In this document: in pieces, positions 49,220 to 59,769 of the stretch
Layout: each line of letters starts with the position of its first letter
Position numbering within the stretch: position 1 is the stretch's first letter
Source of the DNA: an uncultured Acidobacteriota bacterium
GTDB lineage: Bacteria; Acidobacteriota; Terriglobia; UBA7540
Direction: 5' to 3'
NCBI GenBank assembly: GCA_963804995.1
Contig: CAWDSK010000006.1
Location: forward strand, 1,792,001-1,856,000
Length of the DNA stretch: 64,000 nt
Position numbers and translations under genes: made by a program
Notes under the pieces: generated by a model
What the model was told of the DNA's origin: nothing
What the model saw: the letters and a program-made list of their open reading frames with translations, nothing else
The model's database searches: none

Positions 49220-50491
49220 CTATTCACGTGGTGGCGCATGCGAGTGCAGAAGGAGGGTCAACCCCGCGGCAACAAGATATCCCAGACTGAGCAGCCCGAA
49301 CGCATGCAGGAAATTGCCGGTGCGATGGTTGAGGAATCCGACGGCAAGCGGGCCGAAGTAACCTCCCAGGTTCCCCAACGCGTTCACCAGACCCATGGCG
49401 GATCCCGAAGACGATCGAGGCAAAGTTTCCGTGGGGATGGCCCAAAAAGATCCCAGCACGCCGTAAGAGCCGGCGCCCACAAGCGAGATCGCCAGGAAGG
49501 CCAAACCGGGAGTGCGGGCGAGCAGAAGGATTGAGACCAACATCAAGACTCCCGCCCATGCCAGCCCGAAGGCCACATGCCCGCGCCGCTCGCGCCGCTT
49601 GTCAGAGTCACGCGAAATGAGGACCATGCCTACACCAGTCACCACGTAGGGAACTGCAAACAGGATCCCCACCAGCAGATTGCTCATCTTCTTGGCATTC
49701 TCGAGCGCCGAGGGAAGCCAAAACAGGTAGCCATAATTTCCAACGTTCAGTAGAAAGTAAACACCCACCATCACGAGAACCTGATACTGGAACAAGGTGC
49801 GCCAGATGGGGTCAGGTTTTACAGGCTGGAGTTCCTGGGACTCCTCGTGGAGAATAGTTTCAAGATGGGTGCGTTCCTCCGTTGATATCCAGCGGGCTTG
49901 GTGAGGGTGATCGTAGATGAAAACCCACCAGATGATCAGCCACAAAAAAGGAAGCGCGCCCTCCGCGATCAGCAACACCCGCCAATTCCAATGGCCTAGT
50001 ATCCAGCCCGAGAGCGGAGACGATAGGATGACGGAAACGGGAAGGCAGAGCATCCAGTAAGCATTGGCGCGGGCGCGCTCGCGGCGCGGGAACCAGTGCG
50101 AGAGCAGCACCAGGACCGCAGGCCACACCCCGCCCTCCGCCACTCCCAACAGAAAGCGCATCACCCAGAATTCCCGCCAGGTCGTGACGAACCCGCAGCC
50201 CATCGAGCATAAGCCCCAGAGGACCAGCAGAATGCTGACGAATCGTTTGGCGCTCCAACGCTGGGCCAGGTAGCCACCGGGAATCTGCAAAAACATGTAT
50301 CCCCAAAAGAAGATTCCTGCCGCATCGCCCGCTTGCGTCGGGTCCATGTGAAGTTCACGGCTCATGGAGGGCAACGCCAGCGAGATGTTCGTCCTGTCGA
50401 TGAACGCAATGGTGTACATGATGAACGCGACCGGGATGATGCGCAGCCAGCGTTCAGCAGGGGCCTGCGGGAGAGGTAAGGTAGACTCCAT
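49220..50491 (-). CDS. MFS transporter (anion:cation symporter-like)
   Basis: DRTNIS, RFLLGVAEG, WFPRRERARA, GNLGGYFGP. Confidence 0.93.
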   Translation of the reverse strand: MESTLPLPQAPAERWLRIIPVAFIMYTIAFIDRTNISLALPSMSRELHMDPTQAGDAAGIFFWGYMFLQIPGGYLAQRWSAKRFVSILLVLWGLCSMGCGFVTTWREFWVMRFLLGVAEGGVWPAVLVLLSHWFPRRERARANAYWMLCLPVSVILSSPLSGWILGHWNWRVLLIAEGALPFLWLIIWWVFIYDHPHQARWISTEERTHLETILHEESQELQPVKPDPIWRTLFQYQVLVMVGVYFLLNVGNYGYLFWLPSALENAKKMSNLLVGILFAVPYVVTGVGMVLISRDSDKRRERRGHVAFGLAWAGVLMLVSILLLARTPGLAFLAISLVGAGSYGVLGSFWAIPTETLPRSSSGSAMGLVNALGNLGGYFGPLAVGFLNHRTGNFLHAFGLLSLGYLVAAGLTLLLHSHAPPRE

Positions 50492-50676
50492 GACGTTTAA
50501 GTTAACCTCAGGAACTCCCTATATCAGGGGGCAAGATGAACGCACCGGACATTCCCAGGGTTCTTTGCCTTAGTGCGTTAAGCGGAATCTCTTCTTCATC
50601 CGAAGGAGCGGGGGCAGGATACCAGCAACTGTCGGTTGGATGCAATGCGGCATGAATTGTCTTCGGGCAGAAGGTA

Positions 50677-50903
50677 TTAGTGACCTGAGTCACAAGTTCG
50701 CTGATTATTAGAGAACCCCCTCACCCGTCCCGCCCCGGCTGATGAAAACGCCGGTGGCGGTCCACCCTCTCCCCCAAAGGGGCGAGGGCGACAAATTCAG
50801 ATTAACTCTCCCCTCGCCCCTTTGGGGGAGAGGGGCGGGGGTGAGGGGGTCGTCCTGGAACCCATTGAGACTTTGTCAGCGAACTTCTGACTCAGGACAC
50901 TAG
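50677..50903. mobile_element. MITE type B with inverted REP cargo
   Basis: TTAGTGACCTGAGTCACAAGTTCG ... CGAACTTCTGACTCAGGACACTAG. Confidence 0.85.
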
Positions 50904-50950
50904 TGACTCGTGCGTACGGAAGGCAATCGATGCGCCAATCAGCAGCAGCC

Positions 50951-51824
50951 TCAATTCCGGTCAGCTTGCGTCCGCGCTGCTTCCCAGGCCAACATGGCTT
51001 TTTTCCGCGCCGCGCCCCAGTGGTAACCGCCGATTCCTCCCGCTTTGCGGACGACGCGGTGGCAGGGAATGAGAAAGGCAATGGGATTCTTGCCCACGGC
51101 TCCCCCTACTGCCCGCGCGGCTCGTGCGCTGCACACCGTGCTGGCAAGATCTTCATAGGGGACCACCGAACCCATGGGAATCCTCAGCAAAGCTTCCCAC
51201 ACCTTGATCTGGAAATTTGTGCCGCGCAGGACGAGGGTTAGCGGCCGCCCTCCGCTGCTCTTCTCGCTGCCAAAAATGCGGCTAATATAAGGCTGTGTAA
51301 TCCGCGCGTTTTCTTCCAAGCGGGCTTCCGGCCAACGCTCCTGAAAATCACGAAGCGTCTGGGCAGGTCCACCGCTGTCCACAAATCCCAAACCGCAGAT
51401 GCCTCTGTCGGTCACCGCCAGCAGGCATTCGCCAAAGGGGCTCGGGTGAAAGCCATAGCAAATGTTGAGCCCGGCCCCTTGGGCTTTAAACTCACCCGGC
51501 GTCATGGCCTCAATGTTAACAAACAGGTCGTGCAGCCTCCCGGGACTCGAAAGGCCAGCGTCGTAAGTCGCGTTCGAGCACGCTATGGGAATCCGCCAAT
51601 AGTTTCTTGGCGTGCTCGAGGGTCAGGAATTGAATGAACCGCTTGGGGCTTATGCCCGCCCAGCGCCGGAACAGGCGCTGGAAGTGATACTCGCTCAAGT
51701 GCACGCTCTGGGCGACCTCGCGCAATTCCGGTTGGCGGTGATAGTTCTGTTCCAAGTAAAGGATGGCCTTCTCGATTCGCGAGTAATCCTGACTTGTCGA
51801 TTCCATATTTTTCGAGTCCTCCAT
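50951..51824 (-). pseudogene. ada: Ada-like AraC-HTH / methylated-DNA--protein-cysteine methyltransferase, frameshifted near 51573
   Basis: HFQRLFRRWAGISPKRF; SPGRLHDLFV; IPCHRVV. Confidence 0.88.
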
Positions 51825-51969
51825 TCAATCCTGATCCATCTTGAACGGAGCACAACGGTTGGGCAACCCGAATCTTGCTATCTTTGCGGCACGGGATTCG
51901 GGGTTAAGAACTTGAACTTCCGATTTGAGGCCTCTGAAAAGCCCGAACCCCAAATCCCGAATCCCAGCT

Positions 51970-52956
51970 TCATCTGTCAATTCCCATCATCCGCTCCTCG
52001 TCCAAGGTTGGGAGTCCGTCCGTGTCGGGAGCCACCGCCATGGGTCGCGCGGGATGGGAGAGAATCAAGGCCACCGCCCCAACAATCGTGACGGTAGCCA
52101 ACAATTCTCGCGACGAGACCCTCTCCCCCGCAAACAACCACCCAATAAAGACAGCCACAATTGGATTAACATACGCATAGGTGGAGATGCGCGCGGTTGA
52201 AACCACCTGCAGCAACCAGATATAAGCGGTAAATCCCAGGAGGGAACCGAATCCGACGAGATAAACCAGTCCGCCTGCGGAGCGCAGCGTAATCGCCCGC
52301 CAGTGCAGTTGACCACTTTCGCCCGCCAGGAAACCCAGCACGATGAGCATCGCGCCACCTGCCAGCATCTCCATCGCCGAAGCCAGGAACGGTGAGGCGG
52401 GAAGATTTGCGCCGCGCGAGTAGAGCGAACCGACCGCCCACGAGAGAGCCCCCAATACCAGCACGCTCGCGCCCAGGATGTCCACGCGGGTGCTTCCCCA
52501 AAGCTTCGCAGGCCCGACCAGAATCACCAGGCCGGTTACGGCGATTCCCAGTCCGCCCGCCACCCCGCCCACGAGCCGAGTACCGTCTTTACGCAGGCTA
52601 TCCAGTAGAACCATCCAAATGGGAATTGTGGCGAGCAGAATTGCTGCCAGACCGGAAGGAACGCGCTGCTCCGACCAGACCAGTGCCCCATTTCCGGCCA
52701 ATAACAGCAAGCCTCCCACCTTTGCTGCCGCCAGCCAGTTTTCACGCGTGGGCCGCGGGGCGCCCCTCACCCGCATGAACGCAAACAGAATCGACCCCGC
52801 AACCAAGAAACGCACCCCCGCCATCCAAAAGGGGGGGATCGTCTCGATCGCGAACTTGATCGCCAGATAAGTCGATCCCCACAAGACGTAAATGGCGGCA
52901 AACGCCAACACTATTTTGGCGCGTGATGGATGGCCGGCGTGAGGATGGTTAGCCAA
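51970..52956 (-). CDS. EamA/DMT family transporter (YedA-like)
   Basis: IYVLWGSTYLAI, STYAYVNPIVAV. Confidence 0.92.
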   Translation of the reverse strand: MANHPHAGHPSRAKIVLAFAAIYVLWGSTYLAIKFAIETIPPFWMAGVRFLVAGSILFAFMRVRGAPRPTRENWLAAAKVGGLLLLAGNGALVWSEQRVPSGLAAILLATIPIWMVLLDSLRKDGTRLVGGVAGGLGIAVTGLVILVGPAKLWGSTRVDILGASVLVLGALSWAVGSLYSRGANLPASPFLASAMEMLAGGAMLIVLGFLAGESGQLHWRAITLRSAGGLVYLVGFGSLLGFTAYIWLLQVVSTARISTYAYVNPIVAVFIGWLFAGERVSSRELLATVTIVGAVALILSHPARPMAVAPDTDGLPTLDEERMMGIDR

Positions 52957-53165
52957 GAACGCCTCCCCGGAAGTTTGTAGGACCCACGGTGAGTATTATT
53001 TTACCCGCTCTACAACGTCAAGGTCGATTTCGCCTTCATTCAACTGCGGAGGGTTCCACGTGTATTGCCCCCGCTGTCCGGCAGGCCTGGAAGTAATAGG
53101 CTTGACCCTTCTGCGACATCTGGGGGTATGATGTCTCCCGTGCAAGGCAGCACTTCTTAGCGACG

Positions 53166-54020
53166 ATGCGGAGTCTCCATTCCACCCCGACTGTAGCCCT
53201 GTTCTGTTTGGTTTGGGGAATGTTCTCACCTCAAACCCCCACAGTTCTGACCGCGGACCTGAAGCCTGAGACGCTGGCGGCTTTTGCTCGATACATGCAA
53301 ATCACAGAAGTACGCACCGCGAATGAATTGGCTCGGCCAGGGGCGTTTCTTTATATCGAGGGACTTCCCGAATCCGAACATTTACAAGCCCTCACTAGCC
53401 TTCATAAGGGCGAAATATTCATGAAACAGCTTCTCGCGCGCGATGTCTCTGGTGCAGCGATTGAGGCTCCGGGTGGGCTGATCCACGACTGGGTAGGCGC
53501 GGTCTTCATTCCCGGAGCGAACCTCCGCCAGGTTCTGGATTTGGCCGAAGACTATGACCACCATCAGGACATTTACAAACCGGAGGTGGTGCGCTCCCGT
53601 TTGATCCAGCACGAGGGCAACGACTACAAGATTTATTATCGGCTGAGGAAAAAGAAAGTTATCACGGTCACCCTAAACACCAACCACGACGTGCTGTACT
53701 TTCCTGTCGACGCCACGCACTGTCACAGCCGTTCGGTCTCGACTCGGATTGCTGAGGTTGTTGACGCCGACCAGCCCAATGAGCATGAGATGCCCGTGGG
53801 GCAGGATGGCGGATTTCTTTGGCGGATGAACTCCTATTGGCGATTCGAAGAGAAAGATGCGGGCGTGTACGTTGAGGTCGAATCGGTTTCGCTAACGCGT
53901 GACATCCCCACCGGCTTTGGCTGGCTCATCAAGCCCTTTGTGACCAGCATCCCGCGGGAATCTCTGCTTATGACGCTCGGCTCGACGCGCTCGGCTGTCG
54001 AAGCCAGGATTCAGAAGTGA
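53166..54020 (+). CDS. Secreted hypothetical protein
   Basis: Signal peptide; GLIHDW.G, GFLWRMNSYWRF, SLTRDIP. Confidence 0.75.
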   Translation: MRSLHSTPTVALFCLVWGMFSPQTPTVLTADLKPETLAAFARYMQITEVRTANELARPGAFLYIEGLPESEHLQALTSLHKGEIFMKQLLARDVSGAAIEAPGGLIHDWVGAVFIPGANLRQVLDLAEDYDHHQDIYKPEVVRSRLIQHEGNDYKIYYRLRKKKVITVTLNTNHDVLYFPVDATHCHSRSVSTRIAEVVDADQPNEHEMPVGQDGGFLWRMNSYWRFEEKDAGVYVEVESVSLTRDIPTGFGWLIKPFVTSIPRESLLMTLGSTRSAVEARIQK

Positions 54021-54139
54021 GGAGTTAGAAAGCAGGAGTTAGGAGTTAGGAGTCAGGAGCTAGAATAAAGCTGCCCACCAACCAACTCCCGGCTCCTTGA
54101 TTCCGACTTCTAACTCCTGGCTCCTCACTCCTAGCTCCT
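54019..54139. repeat. Inverted pair of heptamer arrays (AGGAGTT / AACTCCT)
   Basis: aggagtt aggagtt aggagtc aggagct ... aactcct ggctcct cactcct agctcct, between convergent genes. Confidence 0.8.
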
Positions 54140-54147
54140 TATCGCGC

Positions 54148-55170
54148 TTACAGCGGCAGCGCCACCGGCCGCCCCTCGTGCGCGGAGATTTCCGATGCAA
54201 AGCAGATCTCGTGCGTCAGAGCGGCGTCTTCCAAATTGGCGTGTGACTCGCGGTCATTCAAAATGCAATCTACAAAGTGCTGGATTTCATCCTGAAACGG
54301 ATGGTGCGAGACATCGCCGCTGTCCGGCATTATGGTCGGAAAAGTAGCCCAACCTTTCTGCCCCGTCCAGCGTTTGGAGAAAACCTGGTTGTTCCGAATC
54401 GTCCCCTGATCACCGAAAAGTGCAACGTTGAAAATGTAAGGCTGGACGCACTCGACCGAGGATGTGACTTTCCCGATCGTCCCGTCCTCGAACTTCACCA
54501 ACGTCACGCTGTTGGGCTCGTACTCATACCGCAGCGGATTCTGCCGGCTGGCGTTGGCATAAGCACTCACTTCCACCGCTCGTTTGCCGACGAACCAACG
54601 CAAGCCATCCACCGCATGACAACCGGCGGTCAGAAGACTGCTCCCCCCGATCTCTTTCTTGATGTTCCATTCATACTGCGCGTACCAGGGGCCGAGGCCG
54701 TGGAGATAATCGACTTCGGCAAGAAAGAGATTTCCCAGGATGCCGTCCGCGAGAAATCCTTTTATCATTTCGAAAAGGGGATTCCAGCGCAGCACGAAGC
54801 TGACTACGGTTTTGACCTTCGCAGCGCGCACGGCGGCCTGAAGCTCACGCAAACTGCTAAGGTTGAGCGCCACGGGCTTTTCCAGGACCAAGTGCTTCCC
54901 CGCCCTCGCCGCGGCAATGCCCTGCGCGACATGCAGATGATGGGGTGTGCAAATGACCACGATGTCGATGTATGAATCCGCCAGCAGGTCTTCCAGCCGG
55001 TCGTACGGACGGCAATGCGGGGCGTGCATGGCCTCCGCCTTCGCCTGGGCTTGAGCTTTGTCTCGACTCACCACCCCTCGCACCTCGGTGTGCGGGTTCA
55101 ATCCAAACACCCGGAAATACTCACCCGAGACCCAGCCGGTTCCAATAATGCCCACACCCATTTTTTCCAA
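54148..55170 (-). CDS. Gfo/Idh/MocA family oxidoreductase
   Basis: GIIGTGW, CTPHHLH, LEKP. Confidence 0.92.
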   Translation of the reverse strand: MEKMGVGIIGTGWVSGEYFRVFGLNPHTEVRGVVSRDKAQAQAKAEAMHAPHCRPYDRLEDLLADSYIDIVVICTPHHLHVAQGIAAARAGKHLVLEKPVALNLSSLRELQAAVRAAKVKTVVSFVLRWNPLFEMIKGFLADGILGNLFLAEVDYLHGLGPWYAQYEWNIKKEIGGSSLLTAGCHAVDGLRWFVGKRAVEVSAYANASRQNPLRYEYEPNSVTLVKFEDGTIGKVTSSVECVQPYIFNVALFGDQGTIRNNQVFSKRWTGQKGWATFPTIMPDSGDVSHHPFQDEIQHFVDCILNDRESHANLEDAALTHEICFASEISAHEGRPVALPL

Positions 55171-55184
55171 GGGATTCCTCTCTT

Positions 55185-58100
55185 TTACGCCCGCGCGCGT
55201 GTCAGGTAAAAGTGCACAGCAGGCGTGATGACCAGCGACAGTACCATGGAAATCAAAACGCCACCGATTACGGCGATGGCGAGCGGTTGCAGTATCTGCG
55301 CTCCCGCTCCCAGTGCCAGCGCCAGGGGCAGCATGCCGGCCACGGCCGCGAGCGCCGTCATGGCAATGGGCCGCAAGCGGCGGCGGCCGGCCTGCACCAT
55401 AGCCTCCTCCGCGGAAAATCCCACGGAACGAAACTTCTGATCCGCGTCGAGCAGAAGAATTCCATTCTTGGCCACGATGCCGACCACCATGATGAGGCCC
55501 ATAAACGACGAAATGTTAAAGGTGGTTCCCGTAACCAGGAGCGCCACAAAAACGCCTGAGGTGGAAAGAACCGCGGAAGAGAGAATTGCCACCGGGGCGC
55601 TGAAAGTGCCGAATTCGAAGAGCAGCACCAGGAATACCAGCACGAGAGCCAGCAGCAGAACGATCAGCAGATCATGAAACGACTGCTGCTGTTCGCGATA
55701 AGTTCCGCCGTACACGACGCGAATGGAAGGCGGCAGTTTCAAGTCATCTACAGCCTTCATTACCGCCGCGACACCGGTACCCAGGTCCACACCTTCGAGG
55801 CGCGCCGTCACTGCTACATCGCGCTGCAGGTTCTCACGCAGAATTTCCGTCTGCCCAGGCAATTCCGTGACGGCCGCCAGTGACCCGAGCGTGGCGGTCT
55901 GCCCGGTGGCGCTAACCAGCAGCGTGCTGTTCATGGCATCTAGAGAAGACCGGTTGGCGGCGGGAAAGCGCACGCGCAACGTCCGCGCCTGGCCGTTGAC
56001 GACCACGGGCGTGGCAGCCGGTTCACCCTCCATGATGGCGGAGGCGTCAAGCTCCACCTCTTCCGTGGTGAAACCGGCCCGCGCTGCGGTTTGGGGATTG
56101 ACTTGAAAAACCAGTGCCGGACCACTCGTGGCGTTATCGACCCCATTCACAATATCCACCACGGGCTTCTTCCCCCGCACCTGGACTTTGCTGATGGCTT
56201 CGGCCACCCGCGGCGCCAACTGGTTCAGCAAGTTCCCATCGGGGTTGAACATCTTGATCTGAATCGGCTGAGGGGCGCCGGTGAGATCGCTAATCATGTC
56301 CTGGAGCAACTGGGCAAACTCGACATCGACTTGCGGCTCTTCTTTCGTGACCTTAGCTCGAACTTCACTGATGATTTCATCGATATCGCGGTGGCGGTCT
56401 TCCTTGAGCTTCACCGAGATGTCGCCGGTGTTCGCCTCCGTGACAGCCGCCAGCCCGAGCTGGAGCCCGGTGCGCCGGGAGGTGCTTTCCACTTCCGGAA
56501 CCGCGCGGCAGATCCGCTCCATATGGGCGACCACGCGGTCAGTTTCCTGGAGTGAGCTGCCCGGAGGCATCACGTAATCGAGGATGAACCCGCCTTCATC
56601 CATGGCCGGCAGTAAATCCGTTCCCAGGCTGCGGTAACAAATGTAGGAAGCGATGACGAGCACCACGCACATCGCCGCCAGCCATCGGGGGCGCTCCAGG
56701 GCAAGCCGCAGCCAGCGTTCATAGAAGCGGATGACCTTGCCGAAGAATCCCGTCAGGGAGGCCTCTTCGGCGGCCATCAGGCGGCGTATTTCCTCCGCGT
56801 TGTCCGTCGCGGGAGCGCCGGAGTCCTTCGCCGGTTCGTCCGCCGGCCCCGGTTCATCCGGGTGCTTTCTGCGCACAAAGTACAGCGCCAGGTTGGGCGT
56901 CCAAACCAGCGCCAGGGCGAGAGAAGTGAAAAGTGCGACGGACATGGTCACGGCGAGGGCGCGAAAGAACGTGCCGGTGACACCGGAAATGGAAATGAGC
57001 GGCAGGAAAACTACAACGGGCGTGATGGTAGATCCCACCAGCGGGACGGTAATTTCCTTGAGCGCGCTATGGATGGCCTCCAGGCGGCCTTCGCCGGCGT
57101 CTCGATGCAGGACGATGTTTTCCACCACCACAATCGCATCGTCGATGACCAGCCCCACAGCCGCTGCCAATCCCCCCAAGGTCATCAGATTGAAACTTTC
57201 GCCCAGCGCCTTGAGGGCAATGAAAGTCACCAGCAGGGTAATAGGAATTACCAGGCCGGCCACCAGCGATGCACCCCAATCCCGCAGGAAAAGAACCATG
57301 ATGATGGAAGCCAGAATCAGGCCGATCAGGATAGCGTCTCGTACACTGTGGATGGATTGGGTGACGATGGTGGATTGATCATAGAAGGGCCGCAGATGCA
57401 CGCCGTGGGGCAGTGTCTTCTGGATCTGAGCAACTTCGTCGTGCACCTCCTGCGCAACCGCCACCGTATTGCTCTCCGGTTGACGATTGATGCTGAGCAG
57501 CACGGCAGGCTTGGTATCTGCGGTGACGATGGTGTATACCGGCTTCACCGAGGGGCTGACCGTTGCCACTTCCTGGATGCGGATGGGCACGCCGTCTTTC
57601 GTCGACTTGACGACGATATTCGCAATCTCTTCCGGGGTGTGGACCTGCGCGCTCACCAGTCCCAGGTAAAGCTGGTGATTGCGTTCAAGCAGGCCGGGAG
57701 AATCGATCAGGTTCGTACGCCGGACGGCGTCCAGAATATCGGTCACGGTCACGTGGGTCTCAAGCAGCTTCGCGGGGTTCGGGCTGATCTGGAATTCCGG
57801 CTCTTCCCCTCCCTGCACGAGCACTGTGGAGACACCATCCAAACGGTTCAGGCGCGGCTTGATCTCATAGGTCGCCATCTCCCAGAGGTCGGTCTGCGGC
57901 GTCGTATCCGAAGTGAGGCTGTAACCTATAATGGGGAAACTCGCAAACGTCAGGCGATGCGTTTCAATGTGCACAGTGGGTGGCAACGCGCTTTGCGCAG
58001 TCGCCACGGCGGAGTTGACCCGCTGCAGGGTCTGGAACATGTCGACGTTCCAATCGAAGTACAGGTCAATTTCGGCGGAACCGCGGCTGGTGACGGATTG

Positions 58101-58370
58101 AACCGTCTGCAACCCTTCCACACTGTTGACGGCTTCCTCCAAGGGGTGCGTGATGGTCACCATCATCTGGTCGATGGGCATGACACCATTATCAACACCG
58201 ATAATCACACGAGGGAAATTTGTGGAGGGAAACACCGCTACGGGAATGGTGAAGGCCTGGTAGGCACCTACGAACGCCAGGGTGAGAATGAGGAAGATAA
58301 TCGATTTCGAGTGGCGAACAAACCAGTATGGCGATTCCGATTTCAAGACCGAACCCTCCTTGCCCAACAC
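55185..58370 (-). CDS. RND efflux permease (CusA/CzcA-like)
   Basis: GLVIDDAIVVVENI, GIVAKNGILL, RRLRPIAMT. Confidence 0.95.
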   Translation of the reverse strand: MLGKEGSVLKSESPYWFVRHSKSIIFLILTLAFVGAYQAFTIPVAVFPSTNFPRVIIGVDNGVMPIDQMMVTITHPLEEAVNSVEGLQTVQSVTSRGSAEIDLYFDWNVDMFQTLQRVNSAVATAQSALPPTVHIETHRLTFASFPIIGYSLTSDTTPQTDLWEMATYEIKPRLNRLDGVSTVLVQGGEEPEFQISPNPAKLLETHVTVTDILDAVRRTNLIDSPGLLERNHQLYLGLVSAQVHTPEEIANIVVKSTKDGVPIRIQEVATVSPSVKPVYTIVTADTKPAVLLSINRQPESNTVAVAQEVHDEVAQIQKTLPHGVHLRPFYDQSTIVTQSIHSVRDAILIGLILASIIMVLFLRDWGASLVAGLVIPITLLVTFIALKALGESFNLMTLGGLAAAVGLVIDDAIVVVENIVLHRDAGEGRLEAIHSALKEITVPLVGSTITPVVVFLPLISISGVTGTFFRALAVTMSVALFTSLALALVWTPNLALYFVRRKHPDEPGPADEPAKDSGAPATDNAEEIRRLMAAEEASLTGFFGKVIRFYERWLRLALERPRWLAAMCVVLVIASYICYRSLGTDLLPAMDEGGFILDYVMPPGSSLQETDRVVAHMERICRAVPEVESTSRRTGLQLGLAAVTEANTGDISVKLKEDRHRDIDEIISEVRAKVTKEEPQVDVEFAQLLQDMISDLTGAPQPIQIKMFNPDGNLLNQLAPRVAEAISKVQVRGKKPVVDIVNGVDNATSGPALVFQVNPQTAARAGFTTEEVELDASAIMEGEPAATPVVVNGQARTLRVRFPAANRSSLDAMNSTLLVSATGQTATLGSLAAVTELPGQTEILRENLQRDVAVTARLEGVDLGTGVAAVMKAVDDLKLPPSIRVVYGGTYREQQQSFHDLLIVLLLALVLVFLVLLFEFGTFSAPVAILSSAVLSTSGVFVALLVTGTTFNISSFMGLIMVVGIVAKNGILLLDADQKFRSVGFSAEEAMVQAGRRRLRPIAMTALAAVAGMLPLALALGAGAQILQPLAIAVIGGVLISMVLSLVITPAVHFYLTRARA

Positions 58371-59749
58371 TCACTCCTTCGCGTCGCCCTTGCCCTCGTC
58401 TCCACCCTTTTCCGTTTCGGGGGCGGCGGGCGCTTCGATCTGCACTTTGGTCTTCTCCAGAACATCCGGGTCTTCTTTGGAGAGGTCGTATGCCCCGACG
58501 GTCACCACGCGTTCGCCCGCCTTGATCCCTTCCGTAACTTGAGCGTCGTCGCCATCGCGGATGCCAAGTTTCACGCTCCTCTGGTGCGGTTTATTCTGCG
58601 CGTCAACTACCATCACGGAGGTGCCGCCGTCCGGAGCAGTCAGGATCGCGACGGCGGGAATCACTACGGCTTTCGGCACCGTTTCCGCGATGATCGTAAG
58701 TCGCGCGCTGCCCCCCGGCCGTATCTGTTCGTGGGGATTGGCAGCCTGCACCCAAACCTCCACCGTGGTGCTCCCCGGATCCAGCGCGGGGCTTACCATC
58801 GTCACCTTGCCGGGAACGTCGTCCGCAATTCCGGGCGCCGAGATACTGGCGGCATTACCCACCTTGAGAGCCGCAGCCTGCTGCTGGTCGATGTGAGCGC
58901 GAGCCACCACCTGCGCAAGATCCATCACCGTAATCAGGGGGGAACCCGCCGCGGCCATCTCTCCGGGATAGAGCGGCCGGTCGGTCACTACGCCGTCGAT
59001 GGGGCTACGGATCTCGGCGAAGCTCAGTTGCGCCTCCGCGCCCAGATACTTTCCCCGTGCGGAACGTCAGTTGGCCTTCCGCGGATTTCAATTCCTGCTC
59101 TTTGCCGAATTTCTGGAGGGAATCCAGGTGTCGGCGTGCGATGTCATACTGATTGCGGGCCTGGATATAGGCAAGGTTGGCATCGTCCACGTTCTTGCGT
59201 GCCGTGGCGCCTTGCTTGAAAAGATTTTGCTGGCCCTCATAAACCTTCTGCGAGGACTGCATGGCCTGCTGGGCTGCCCTGGTGTCAAGCTCGGCTTTCC
59301 GAATCTCCTCCGGCAACGCTTGCTTGGTGGCGGTTTCATACGCCGCCTGGGCCTGGTCGTAAGCCCCCTTGTTATCGGTCACGGCGGCGACCAAATCCTG
59401 ATTCTCAAGCTGCGCCAGCAAGTCGCCGGCGTGGACGTGGCTTCCACGTTCCACAAAGAACTTGCGTACCGGCGCGCTGATCTTGGGAACCAGAGCAGCC
59501 TGACGCAGCGGATAAATGACTGCATCGGCCGAGATCTTGCGATCGATCTTTTCCGTCTCCGCCGTCGCCACCTGGACGGTGACGGTGGGCGCAACCTCAC
59601 CGCCCTCCTTTTTCGAACACCCCGGCCACGTTGCCAGAGCCAGCAAAAGAAGGCTGGGAATGATCGCTCGAGGCGTGCGGGCGTCGGGCGTGCATTCTCC
59701 GCGGGTCCGACCCGTATCTACGCAGCCGGGTTATCGAGTAGTCTGCCAT
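58371..59749 (-). pseudogene. RND periplasmic adaptor, frameshifted near 59063 (possibly also in the signal peptide)
   Basis: Lipobox WPGC; ORFs 59005-59646 and 58371-58988 join as QLTSARGKYLGAEAQLSFAEIRSPIDGVV if one base is removed. Confidence 0.82.
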
Positions 59750-59769
59750 GCGCTTGTCCCCAATCACGG

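Noticed and set aside
50739..50765. CTGATGA in the REP loop suggests a hammerhead ribozyme core
   Set aside because: No stem II followed by GAAA and no stem III/NUH; the motif is the loop of a CCGGC/GCCGG hairpin
51560..51590. Programmed frameshifting in ada, dacB or the RND genes
   Set aside because: No slippery sequences at the shift points; sequencing error is simpler
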